Position numbers and translations under genes: made by a program | Shown: one piece after another, positions 37,200-45,562 of the stretch | Position numbering within the stretch: position 1 is the first letter of the stretch | How the letters are laid out: every line of letters begins with the position of its first letter | The notes under the pieces: generated by a model | The model's database searches: none | What the model was told of the DNA's origin: nothing | The model's input: only the letters and a program-made list of their open reading frames with translations | Assembly: GCA_965221775.1 (NCBI GenBank) | Contig: CBDCSU010000006.1 | Location: 672,001 to 736,000 of the forward strand | DNA length: 64,000 nt | Origin: Candidatus Latescibacterota bacterium | GTDB taxonomy: Bacteria > Latescibacterota > UBA2968 > UBA8231 | Direction of reading: 5' to 3'

Positions 37200-38123
37200 A
37201 TGCGCGTCGTCTCCCTCCTGCCCAGCAGCACCGAGATCGTCTGCGCCCTCGGCTGCCGCGACCTCCTGGTGGGCCGCTCCCACGAGTGCGACCATCCCCC
37301 CGGGGTCGAGGAACTGCCGGCCTGCACGGCCCCCAAGTTCGACCCGGACGGCACCTCGTACCAGGTCGACCAGCGGGTCAAGGCGATCCTGCAGGAGGCC
37401 GCCTCGGTCTACCGCGTCGACGCCGGACTCCTCGACGAGCTGGCCCCCGACTGGCTGGTGACCCAGTCCCAGTGCGAGGTCTGCGCCGTCAGCCTGAAGG
37501 ACGTGGAGGAGGCCGCCTGTCAGCTGGTGCGCTCGCGGCCGGGCATTCTGTCGCTGGAGCCCAACCGGCTGGAGGATCTCTGGAGCGACATCGAGCGTGT
37601 CGCCCAGGCCCTGGAAGTGGAGGAGCGGGGCCGCGCCCTGGCGGCCCGGCTGCGGGAGCGGCTCCACCAGCTCGCGGCGCTGACCAAGGCTCTCGACGAG
37701 CGCCCCACCGTCGCCTGCATCGAGTGGTTCGAGCCGCTCATGGCCGCCGGCAACTGGATCCCCGAGCTGGTGGAGACCGCCGGCGGCCGCAACCTCCTGT
37801 CCGCCGCCGGGGCCCACTCCCCCTGGCTCTCCTGGGAGGCCCTGGAGGAGGCGCAGCCGGAGTTCATCCTCCTCATGCCCTGCGGCTTCGATGTCCCCCG
37901 GTCGCGGAAGGAGCTGCCGGCGCTGACCGGGCAGCCGGCGTGGGCGCGGCTGCGGGCCGTGCGCGAGGGGCGGGTCTTCCTCACCGACGGCAACCAGTTC
38001 TTCAACCGGCCGGGGCCGCGCCTGGTGGAGTCGGCGGAGATCGTCGCCGAGATCCTCCACCCCCGGCGGTTCGGCGGGGCCCACGAGGACCGGGGATGGG
38101 AGCGCCTGGAAGCCGGACCATGA
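37200..38123 (+). CDS. Cobalamin-binding periplasmic-type protein
   Basis: RVVSLLPSSTEIV, GRSHECD, QC.VCAV, EW..P.M.AGNW.PE, MPCGF, FNRPGPRL. Confidence 0.88.
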   Translation: MRVVSLLPSSTEIVCALGCRDLLVGRSHECDHPPGVEELPACTAPKFDPDGTSYQVDQRVKAILQEAASVYRVDAGLLDELAPDWLVTQSQCEVCAVSLKDVEEAACQLVRSRPGILSLEPNRLEDLWSDIERVAQALEVEERGRALAARLRERLHQLAALTKALDERPTVACIEWFEPLMAAGNWIPELVETAGGRNLLSAAGAHSPWLSWEALEEAQPEFILLMPCGFDVPRSRKELPALTGQPAWARLRAVREGRVFLTDGNQFFNRPGPRLVESAEIVAEILHPRRFGGAHEDRGWERLEAGP

Positions 38124-38215
38124 GCCGGGACGAGACCCTGGCCGCGGAGGAGGGATACGAGATCCGCCGCCGCGGGCGGTTCCTGGTCGTCGAGCTGCTC
38201 GAGCCGCACCGGGTC
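38120..38215 (+). pseudogene. cbiZ: 5' fragment of a CbiZ-like adenosylcobinamide amidohydrolase
   Basis: ATGA-coupled start; MSRDETLAAEEGYEIRRRGRFLVVELLEPHRV resembles, from memory, CbiZ N-termini; runs directly into the 3' end of vapC. Confidence 0.55.
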
Positions 38216-38636
38216 ATGCCGCGGCCCATGGGTCGATCACCTCGATCCCCGTCTCCGCGAAATCCCGGACGTTCCGTGTCGCCACCGTCATGCCCCGGGA
38301 GCGGGCGATGGCCGCGATCTGACCCTCGGTCTGGGAGAGCGGACGCCCGCTTGCGCGCCGAGCCGCGGCGATCTCCGCGTAGACGCGGGCTGCCGCACTG
38401 TCAAACGGGAGAACCCGACCCGCAAACAGACCGCCGAAAGCACGCTCGGCCGCCTCGGCAAGACCCCGGCGGCGCCCACCCTCGGGCAGGAACGCGATGC
38501 CCGTGCGGATCTCCGCCTCGGTCACCGCCGTCATGAATAGCTCCCGAGTCGGCCGATCGTCGAGCCAGGCCAGGACCTTCGAGCTCGGTGCGCTCTGCAT
38601 CAACTCGGAGACGACATTGGTATCAAGCACCACCAT
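38214..38636 (-). CDS. vapC: PIN-domain toxin (VapC/FitB-like)
   Basis: MVVLDTNVVSELM, TEAE, VLPFD, QIAAIA, ATRNVRDF, IDPW. Confidence 0.92.
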   Translation of the reverse strand: MVVLDTNVVSELMQSAPSSKVLAWLDDRPTRELFMTAVTEAEIRTGIAFLPEGGRRRGLAEAAERAFGGLFAGRVLPFDSAAARVYAEIAAARRASGRPLSQTEGQIAAIARSRGMTVATRNVRDFAETGIEVIDPWAAA

Positions 38637-38892
38637 CGCCGTCGCTCCGGTCGAAGCGGGGTGGTTCGCCCATCGGTTCGCGCGGCGGCAGTTCCAGATC
38701 CACTCCACCGAAGGGCTTGAAGAGCTCGTGGATCGCCGTTCCCAGCCCCCTCGATGGCGCGGCCTCCCGAGCGACCGCCTCGGCCAGTATCAGTCGCGCT
38801 TCCTCTTCCATCGACCGGCCTCGCTCGGCCGCCCGCCTGCGGAGACGGGTCTTTATGTCGTCCTCGAGATTGCGGATGGTGATGCTCGCCAT
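38623..38892 (-). CDS. Ribbon-helix-helix antitoxin (FitA/StbC-like)
   Basis: MASITIRNL.D..K.RLR.RAA..GRSMEEEAR.IL; overlaps toxin start. Confidence 0.9.
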   Translation of the reverse strand: MASITIRNLEDDIKTRLRRRAAERGRSMEEEARLILAEAVAREAAPSRGLGTAIHELFKPFGGVDLELPPREPMGEPPRFDRSDGDGGA

Positions 38893-38933
38893 GCTCATGC
38901 TCCGTGGGTTCGGCTCGAGCCCAAGTTACACGG

Positions 38934-38950
38934 TGATTGCGATGCAATCA
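38934..38950. promoter_or_regulatory. Palindromic operator of the TA module
   Basis: TGATTGC-GAT-GCAATCA, ~40 bp upstream of the antitoxin start. Confidence 0.65.
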
Positions 38951-38962
38951 ATGTGGCCCAAG

Positions 38963-41900
38963 TCAGCGGATCAGCATGCAGCGCCGGGTCTCGGCGACCT
39001 CACCCGTGGTGAGCCGGTAGAAGTAGAGGCCGCTGGCGACCGGGGCTCCCCGGTCGTCCGTCCCGGTCCAGCGCACCTTGTGCAGGCCCGGGACGCGCGG
39101 CTCGTCGAGGAGCCTGCGGACCCGCTGCCCGAGGAGGTTGTAGATGTCGATGCGCACCCCTCCGGCGGTCCCCAGCCGGAAGGGGATGACCGTGCCGGCG
39201 TTGAAGGGATTGGGGTAGCTCCGCATCAGCTCCGTGGTGCGCGGCACAGCGGAATCCAGGGCCACCGACGTGGGCGGGGATTCCATGGAGAACAGGCCGG
39301 CGCTCGTGGCCACGTAGAGGGTCGACGGATCGAGGGGGTCCACGGCCACGTCGGTGATCCACGGGACCCCGGGATAGCCGGTGTCGAGGGCCCGCCAGGT
39401 GGCGCCTCGGTCGGGGCTGTGGTACAGCTCGCGGTCGGCCGCCAGGTAGAGGGAATTGGGTTCCCGCGGGTGGCCGCGGAGGCGAGCCGTCCTCCACGAT
39501 CCCGACCGGGGCTCCAGGATCCGGCGCCAGGTCCGCCCGGCGTCGGCGGAGACGAAGCACCCCGCGTCGGAGGCCGCGTAGAGGACACCGGGATCTACGG
39601 GATGCCGGGCCAGGTCCAGCCCCGAAGTCCCTGGCTCGAGGCGGCCCACCACCCTCCAGTCGCGGCCGTCCTTGTGGCCGACCCAGAGGGAGTCGCCGTA
39701 GAGGACGGCCAGGCTGTCCCGCGAAGCCAGCAGGGCTCCTCCCGGGCGCAGGTCTCCCATCGACGAATCCTCGCGCTCGGCGTAGGGCCCCACGCTCTCC
39801 CAGGTCCTGCCGTGGTCCGGGCTCATCCACAGGCCCGCGTCGCCGACGTAGATCACGCCCCGTAGAAGACGGTCGGCGAAGATGGAGGGACGTGGCGGAA
39901 AGGGGTTGGCACTGAAGGATGTGCCGAATGCGTTGCTCTCCACGGGCTCCCAGGTGACCCCGCCGGTTGCGCTGCGCATATAGAGCCTGCCGAGAAGGTG
40001 GGCGATCAGCACCTCGCCATCCCATGGGTCCTGGAAGACGACCTCGTAGATGCCCCGGACCCACGGGAAGTACCGCCAACTCTCCAGCCACTGCCAGGCG
40101 CCGCTCCGCTGTCGGTAGAGGCCTATGTAGCGCTCTCCTTCCCTCGACTGGAGGGAGGTCATGTGCAGACGGTCCAGATGGTCGAACCACAAGGTGCCGA
40201 CGGGAGGACCGGTCTCCTCGACCATGGCGGGGGCGGCCGTCTCTCCCCGGTCGGTGGAGACGTACACGCCTCCCGGGGTCTCCACCAGCAGGCCGGAGGG
40301 ACCGAGGGTCCTCACGCCCTCCACATCGTCGTAGGCACCGAACCTGGCGCCGGTCCCCTGCCAGGTCTCGCCGCCGTCGTGGCTGCGGTACAGCCGCCGA
40401 TCGCTGTGGGCGTAGATCAGGCCGGGCTCGTAGTCCGAGACGACCAGACCCTCGATCGCGCTGCCCACGTCCATGTCCAGCATCCGCCAGGTGGCTCCCT
40501 CGTCCGAGGTGTGGCGAAGGCCCCCATAGACAGGCAGGTAGAACCCTCCCGGCGTCCAGGGATCCGGAACGGGAGGGTCCCGGACATACCGAACGGGACT
40601 GGTTCCCACCGGGCTCGCGCCGGACTCGTCGAGCCGCCAGAGCCGGCCTCCCTCCCCTTCCGAGGAGTCGACCCAGGCATAGGTCCGGCCCGGGTCGGCC
40701 GGATGGGATCCGACACCCAGGGCGCGGCCCTCGACGGGGAACTGCCTCCACCTCCGGCCCCCGTCGTCGGAGATGAAGATGGCCCCCTCCGCTGCGGCGT
40801 AGAGTCGGTCCGGGCGATGGTCGTCGACAAAGGCGGCGTCCACGCCCTCGGGCATGGGGACCGCCGACCATGTGGCCCCCCCGTCAAGGGTCGAGTACAC
40901 CCTCTTGAATCCGGAGTGAGGGGGTCCGCCCTCGACGACGTAAGCGGTCAGGGGGTCCTCCGCGTCGCCCCGGACCGTGCTGGTTACATCGAGGTGACTG
41001 AAACGCCAGCCGAAGGTACCGATTTCCGCGAGCATGAAAGGGGCGGGCTGCCAGGTGGCACCTTCGTCGGCAGACCGCCATACGCGCCATCTCGTGCGGC
41101 CGTACCAGGCCCCGCTCGGCGCAGGGTGGATCTGCTGGAGCGGGACTTGCAGGGGGATGCCTGGTCCCTCGGGCCTCCAAGCGCCGGCCAAGGCGGGCAC
41201 GGCGCCGGGGTCCGTCCCCGCGGGCTCCACGACGCGCGGGGGGTCGCCCACGGAGCCGACGCGGACACGCGAAGCCTCGCTCTCGCCTACGTTGCCGTTG
41301 GCGTCCTCCACCACGACGCTGACCGAGTATGCCCCCGCAGGTCCCTCCCACGAGGCCTCGTACACGCCATCCCTTTCGGCCATGGATACCTCCGCCCGCA
41401 GTGTGGAGTCCGGGAGGCCGTGAATCCGGGCGGCCACGCCGCGGATCGGGCTGCCTTCGTGGATGAAGCGGCGGCCCACCCGGACGCTCAGGCCCTCCCG
41501 GGTCGGCGAGAGCCGCACGTACTGCACCCTCGGAGGTGTGATGTCAGGGAGCCGCGTGACCATAAAAGCCGCCGTGTCGGTCCACACCTGGAACCGGGTG
41601 CGCACCTGAAGCACGAAGGTCAGTTCCGTCCCGGCGGCCCCGGCCAGGGCGAGGAACTCCGGCGAGCGCGAGCTGCGGGCGCTCTCCGGTCCCTCGGCGG
41701 CAAAGCGGACGGCCCCGTCGGACACCCGCAGGGCGGCGTTGCCGGGACTGGCCAGATGGAAGCTCAGCGCCGGGAGCAGGTCCGGCGCCGTCGCCGGCAA
41801 TCGGAGATCCAGGTGGAAGAGGTCGCCGGGATCGATGCGGTCCGTCCCCTGCCAGTCCCGCACCTGCCACTGCAGTCCCTCCTGCCGGGCGCTGATCACC

Positions 41901-43666
41901 GGGATCTCCAGATCCCGCCGGCCGATCGTGTCGGCCCCGTCGACGACGGTGAGCCGCAGCCTCGCCACTTGGGAGGAGGAAAAGCCGCCGGACACGCGGG
42001 CCCGGGGCGGGGTCGGCAGGGCGCCTCCCAGGTGGTGGACGTCCGGCCGCAGCTCGGGCAACTCGAAACGAGAAGGGGTGACGGTGAGCAGGTCGTCCAG
42101 CGGCTGCAGTGTCAGGACCGCCCCGCGGGTGGTCCGCCCGCCCCGGTTCACGGGGTCGAATTGCAGCACCCCTTCCTCGCCGGCCACGAGGACGCCGTCG
42201 CCGGTCTGGTCGCGCACCGTCACGACCCCGAACTCGATCCGCGGTCCACCGATCTCGACCCGGGCCTCGAGCCCTCTCTCCGTCACCTCGATGGCGGTGA
42301 CGCTGAACGTGCTCCGGCCCTCCCCGTCGGCGGAACTCGGGTTCGTGTGGGCCGTGAACTGCGTGCGTCCGCCGGGTCCGAAGACGTCGGTGGCGTCGCC
42401 GAGGTTGCCTCCGTGGGCCTCGGCATACGCCTCGTCCCCGGCCCAGAAGTCGAGGTTGTCGCCGCCGTGGAGCGGGTCCGGCGTGCGGCCCATGGGGAAC
42501 CCGCCCTCCTGCCAGCGGCCGTCGGCGCACTCCAGATCGACAACCCAGTGAGACTGGGAGACGTCGCCGGTGCGGTTGCCGGTGACGTGCCAGATGAGCA
42601 GGCCCTCGGCCGGGATCCCCCGGTCGTACCAGGAGGAGCGGGTCCGGTACTCCAGCAGGAAGTACTCCTCCCCGCCGGCGGGGATGCGGACCAGGTCTCC
42701 CGTCCTCGCCACGTCCCGCAGGACGATCCGCTGCGACGGTTGGTCGATCTCGGTGATGGCGGACCATCCGAGGCGGAGACGGCTCCACGCGGAGAAGCTG
42801 ACGGGGCCGTCGCCGCCCCCCCAGCCGAGGGCCCCCCAGCCCATGAGGCCCCAGTTGCCGATGCCCGCCGAATCGTCGGCCGGGTCCCGCGGCTCCTCCC
42901 GGCTGAGATAGGCCACGTTGTAGAGGTCCTTCAGCCCGAAGAGGGTGTGCCCCAGCTCGTGGGCGACGGTGCCCGCCGCCTCCGGGAAGGAGCGGCTCTG
43001 GGCGACCAGGCCGAGGCGATAAGTGATCGGGTTCCCCGCGAGGTCCGGGTCGGCGGTGGCCGCGGGTTCGAGGAGCCCCAGATCGCCGATCCCGGTGGCG
43101 CCCCCGAGGAGGAAGTTGCGCGGCAGGGCGGGTGTGAGAAGGACGAGGAGATCCACCTCTCCATCGTCGTCGCCGGAGTCCGGCCGCCCGTCGGGGCCGT
43201 CGCTGTCGAACCGGGCGAGGTCCAGATCTTCGTCCACCTGGCGCAGGATCTCCCGCACGAAGTCCGCATAGCGGCCGGGTTTCGTGGGACCGGCCGCCAC
43301 GTAGTCGATGGCGTCGCCCGAGGCGAGGTAGCGCCTTGGCGCCACGACGCCGCGGAGGGTCAGGCTGCCGAAGGACATCTCCCGGTAGAAGTGGCTGACG
43401 CTGCCGGGACGATCCGGGTCGAAGAGAGACTCGGCCCAGAAGGGCACGCCGGCCTGCTGGCCGCGGAAGCCGGCGAAGACCACCAGGGCGGTGACCTGCG
43501 AAAGGGGAGTGGAGGCGGCGGCCCCGGCCGGTCTCGAGGCGGCGATCGGGGCCTCGCCCCGGGAGGGCGGGGACGCGGCCCCGGCGGTCTGGGTGGAGAC
43601 CGCCAGAAGACCTGCCAGCAGCCAGGGGGATCCCCGGCGCCCCCTGCAGCCGGGGATGTCGCCCAT
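38963..43666 (-). CDS. Secreted M6 (immune inhibitor A-like) metalloprotease with BNR/Asp-box repeats and C-terminal FlgD-Ig domain
   Basis: HFYREMSFG, AHELGH..GLKDLY, WGLMGWG, EYFLLEYR, GLLIWHV; many S.D.G.TW boxes; SYPNPFN; start taken at MGDIPG (signal peptide). Confidence 0.85.
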   Translation of the reverse strand: MGDIPGCRGRRGSPWLLAGLLAVSTQTAGAASPPSRGEAPIAASRPAGAAASTPLSQVTALVVFAGFRGQQAGVPFWAESLFDPDRPGSVSHFYREMSFGSLTLRGVVAPRRYLASGDAIDYVAAGPTKPGRYADFVREILRQVDEDLDLARFDSDGPDGRPDSGDDDGEVDLLVLLTPALPRNFLLGGATGIGDLGLLEPAATADPDLAGNPITYRLGLVAQSRSFPEAAGTVAHELGHTLFGLKDLYNVAYLSREEPRDPADDSAGIGNWGLMGWGALGWGGGDGPVSFSAWSRLRLGWSAITEIDQPSQRIVLRDVARTGDLVRIPAGGEEYFLLEYRTRSSWYDRGIPAEGLLIWHVTGNRTGDVSQSHWVVDLECADGRWQEGGFPMGRTPDPLHGGDNLDFWAGDEAYAEAHGGNLGDATDVFGPGGRTQFTAHTNPSSADGEGRSTFSVTAIEVTERGLEARVEIGGPRIEFGVVTVRDQTGDGVLVAGEEGVLQFDPVNRGGRTTRGAVLTLQPLDDLLTVTPSRFELPELRPDVHHLGGALPTPPRARVSGGFSSSQVARLRLTVVDGADTIGRRDLEIPVISARQEGLQWQVRDWQGTDRIDPGDLFHLDLRLPATAPDLLPALSFHLASPGNAALRVSDGAVRFAAEGPESARSSRSPEFLALAGAAGTELTFVLQVRTRFQVWTDTAAFMVTRLPDITPPRVQYVRLSPTREGLSVRVGRRFIHEGSPIRGVAARIHGLPDSTLRAEVSMAERDGVYEASWEGPAGAYSVSVVVEDANGNVGESEASRVRVGSVGDPPRVVEPAGTDPGAVPALAGAWRPEGPGIPLQVPLQQIHPAPSGAWYGRTRWRVWRSADEGATWQPAPFMLAEIGTFGWRFSHLDVTSTVRGDAEDPLTAYVVEGGPPHSGFKRVYSTLDGGATWSAVPMPEGVDAAFVDDHRPDRLYAAAEGAIFISDDGGRRWRQFPVEGRALGVGSHPADPGRTYAWVDSSEGEGGRLWRLDESGASPVGTSPVRYVRDPPVPDPWTPGGFYLPVYGGLRHTSDEGATWRMLDMDVGSAIEGLVVSDYEPGLIYAHSDRRLYRSHDGGETWQGTGARFGAYDDVEGVRTLGPSGLLVETPGGVYVSTDRGETAAPAMVEETGPPVGTLWFDHLDRLHMTSLQSREGERYIGLYRQRSGAWQWLESWRYFPWVRGIYEVVFQDPWDGEVLIAHLLGRLYMRSATGGVTWEPVESNAFGTSFSANPFPPRPSIFADRLLRGVIYVGDAGLWMSPDHGRTWESVGPYAEREDSSMGDLRPGGALLASRDSLAVLYGDSLWVGHKDGRDWRVVGRLEPGTSGLDLARHPVDPGVLYAASDAGCFVSADAGRTWRRILEPRSGSWRTARLRGHPREPNSLYLAADRELYHSPDRGATWRALDTGYPGVPWITDVAVDPLDPSTLYVATSAGLFSMESPPTSVALDSAVPRTTELMRSYPNPFNAGTVIPFRLGTAGGVRIDIYNLLGQRVRRLLDEPRVPGLHKVRWTGTDDRGAPVASGLYFYRLTTGEVAETRRCMLIR

Positions 43667-43835
43667 GAGGCTCGCTCGGATCAACAGGGTTGCGGTGGGT
43701 GGACCGCCCCCCGCCCAAGGCACGATGGACGGGGAGCGGCCCCGGCCATGCGAGGCCCGGTCGCATGGCGCAGGTCGAAGATCCACCCCAAGGAACCTGC
43801 AAAGGTGGACCTTGACCAGATCCGGCGACCGGGCC

Positions 43836-43869
43836 GAGAGGCGGCGGTCCGGTCAGCCGCCGCGCTCTC
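43836..43869 (-). terminator. GC hairpin after microprotein 1
   Basis: GAGAG-GCGGCGG..CCGCCGC-GCTCTC stem; no clear U-tract. Confidence 0.4.
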
Positions 43870-43978
43870 AGGCGGCGAGGGAGAGGGTGGCGTAGTGGGC
43901 GAAGGTGGACAGGCCGGCGAAGCACAGACTGATGGCCACGGGAATGGCGATCTCTCCGGTGATGCGAAGGATCCTCAT
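43868..43978 (-). CDS. Hydrophobic microprotein 1 (36 aa) MRILRITGEIAIPVAISLCFAGLSTFAHYATLSLAA
   Basis: GAGGAGG RBS 5 nt before ATG; sigma54 promoter ~50 nt upstream; motif shared with two paralogs. Confidence 0.8.
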   Translation of the reverse strand: MRILRITGEIAIPVAISLCFAGLSTFAHYATLSLAA

Positions 43979-44025
43979 GTCGTCCTCCTCGGGCGAAGGG
44001 TCGTGAAGCTGACGCCCTCCACCTA

Positions 44026-44041
44026 TGCAACCGACGTGCCA
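44026..44041 (-). promoter_or_regulatory. Sigma54 (-24/-12) promoter
   Basis: Minus strand TGGCACG-TCGG-TTGCA, matches the consensus. Confidence 0.88.
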
Positions 44042-44083
44042 GGTCCGTTTCTCGGGGTGGCATGCGCCGAGGCGGACTTCACT

Positions 44084-44124
44084 GGTGACCCGTTTCGCAC
44101 CAGAGGTGTTCACACGTGAACACC
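44084..44124. promoter_or_regulatory. Double-palindrome upstream activator sequence (putative bEBP sites)
   Basis: GGTG-N10-CACC followed by perfect GGTGTTCAC-AC-GTGAACACC (contains TGT-N10-ACA); lies between two divergent sigma54 promoters. Confidence 0.7.
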
Positions 44125-44244
44125 CCTCACGCGCCCGGGCCGGTCGCTGGCCGGCTCCGGCCTGCCCTTTCAGGCCGCCGGCGTCTGAGGTCGCGGGTCA
44201 GGGCCCCTTGTGCGGGCGAGCAGGATCCTGCCAGCCCCGGCGAC

Positions 44245-44259
44245 TGGCACAGGCCTTGC
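44245..44259 (+). promoter_or_regulatory. Sigma54 (-24/-12) promoter
   Basis: TGGCAC-AGGCC-TTGC. Confidence 0.85.
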
Positions 44260-44294
44260 GCACACCTGGACGTCTCGAAGAGAAGGAGGAAGGG

Positions 44295-44414
44295 ATGGTA
44301 CGGACGAAGCTGTTGCAGGACTTGGCGCTGCCAGGTGCCGTGACTCTGAGCTATGCCTACGCCGCCGTCATGGCTTTCACGAGGCTCGGACAGGTGCTCG
44401 AGAACCTGGCCTGA
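44295..44414 (+). CDS. Hydrophobic microprotein 2 (39 aa) MVRTKLLQDLALPGAVTLSYAYAAVMAFTRLGQVLENLA
   Basis: AAGGAGG RBS; sigma54 promoter ~35 nt upstream; DLALPGAVTLSYA aligns with EIAIPVAISLCFA. Confidence 0.75.
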   Translation: MVRTKLLQDLALPGAVTLSYAYAAVMAFTRLGQVLENLA

Positions 44415-44433
44415 ACGCGCGGCCCCGGCGCCG

Positions 44434-45558
44434 CTAGGGCTCTTCCAGGATCGCCAGGGCCGCCTCGATCCGGCCCACGGCGGCCCGGTCCGCCTCCAGG
44501 GCCGCGCCGATCAGCCGGCGGGCCTCGGCCAGCTCTTCGGGGGTGTACTCCCCGCGGCCGTGAGCGGCATCGACGAGGGCGGACAACTCCACCAGGGCCT
44601 GGTGCTCGCGGCCGTAGTCGGCGGCGGCCGCGGCCAGCGGCTCCGCCGCTTCCGGGAGCAGGCCGGTCAGCTCGCGCATGTAGTCAGCCGCAAGCTCCCG
44701 CCGCCAGGTGAGGATCCTGGCGTGATGCCGCGTCGGCTGCTTGACCGCGTCCGCGGACTCGAAGGCGGCGCTCCAGGCCTCGTAGGCGGCGAAGCCCTGG
44801 GGCCGGGTCTGGGGCCGTCCGGCCTGCTCGAAGCGGGTGCCCGCGGCAAAGGCGGCGGCGTTGCGCAGGGCCATGAGGTGGGTCGCCCGCTCGTCCGCCT
44901 CGGTGGGCCCCAAGTGGGCGGTCACGTTGAACCACCCGCCGGGATCACCGGGGCCGAGGGCGTCGTAGCGCACGGCGTAGTCGACCTCGACGAAAGGGTG
45001 GCGGATGGTGCAGGTCTCCGCCTCGGGGTCGTAGCCGACGATGAGCCCCCAGCAGTAGGCGTGGTGCGCGGGGTGATCGCTCTGCTTCTGCTCCAGGCTC
45101 ATGGGCTGCCACACCAGCACCGGGATCCCCCGCTCCAGGCTGGCCACGGCGGCATCCCGGGCCTCGGCCCTCAGCGCCGGCCAGTCGACGCCGACGCTCT
45201 TGTTGTTGGCTTCGTAGACGCGGAACCGGGCCAGCTCGGGCAACAGGTCCACGGCCAGGCTCCAGTCGAGGTTGTCGTGATAGACCATGGCGCCGCCTTC
45301 CTCCATGGCGAACTGGAAGGCGTGTCCCAGGACGCCCTGGAGGCGCGCCATCGACCACTCGGGGCGGCCGGCGGCCGCCATCAGGGGATGGAGGCAGGAG
45401 GCGAGGGTGGTGCCCTTGTGGGGCTGCAGGGGCTTGACGTCGACCGTGACGTTCATGGGCTCGGGCTCCGGGTCCCCCGCACCGTGGCCGTAACCGATGG
45501 AAGCGGCGCCCAGGACGGCGAGGACAACCCCGCCGGCCCGGGCGCAACCCCCATTCAT
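44434..45558 (-). CDS. Exported hypothetical protein, possibly BtrH-N/C39-like fold
   Basis: Signal-like N-terminus; G..G.AF.F, L.RG.PVLVW, WGLIVGYD, G.AAYEAW patterns; host-like codon usage. Confidence 0.55.
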   Translation of the reverse strand: MNGGCARAGGVVLAVLGAASIGYGHGAGDPEPEPMNVTVDVKPLQPHKGTTLASCLHPLMAAAGRPEWSMARLQGVLGHAFQFAMEEGGAMVYHDNLDWSLAVDLLPELARFRVYEANNKSVGVDWPALRAEARDAAVASLERGIPVLVWQPMSLEQKQSDHPAHHAYCWGLIVGYDPEAETCTIRHPFVEVDYAVRYDALGPGDPGGWFNVTAHLGPTEADERATHLMALRNAAAFAAGTRFEQAGRPQTRPQGFAAYEAWSAAFESADAVKQPTRHHARILTWRRELAADYMRELTGLLPEAAEPLAAAAADYGREHQALVELSALVDAAHGRGEYTPEELAEARRLIGAALEADRAAVGRIEAALAILEEP

Positions 45559-45562
45559 GGGT

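Noticed and set aside
39998-44119. 1373-aa plus-strand ORF and similar long Arg/Gly/Pro-rich ORFs (e.g. 32041-34767, 27675-30110)
   Set aside because: Stop-poor shadow frames of real genes in high-GC DNA, with no recognisable motifs.
44105-44124. Nitrogen-fixation (NifA) regulation
   Set aside because: TGT-N10-ACA-like dyads are used by several bEBPs and no nif genes are in the window; the activator cannot be identified here.
43868-44414. Microproteins as lipoproteins, pilins or classical type I toxins
   Set aside because: ISLC/IVVC do not fit a lipobox and copy 2 has Ser; no G|FxxxE prepilin site; no antisense RNA or long structured leader evident. A toxin role is unsupported rather than excluded.
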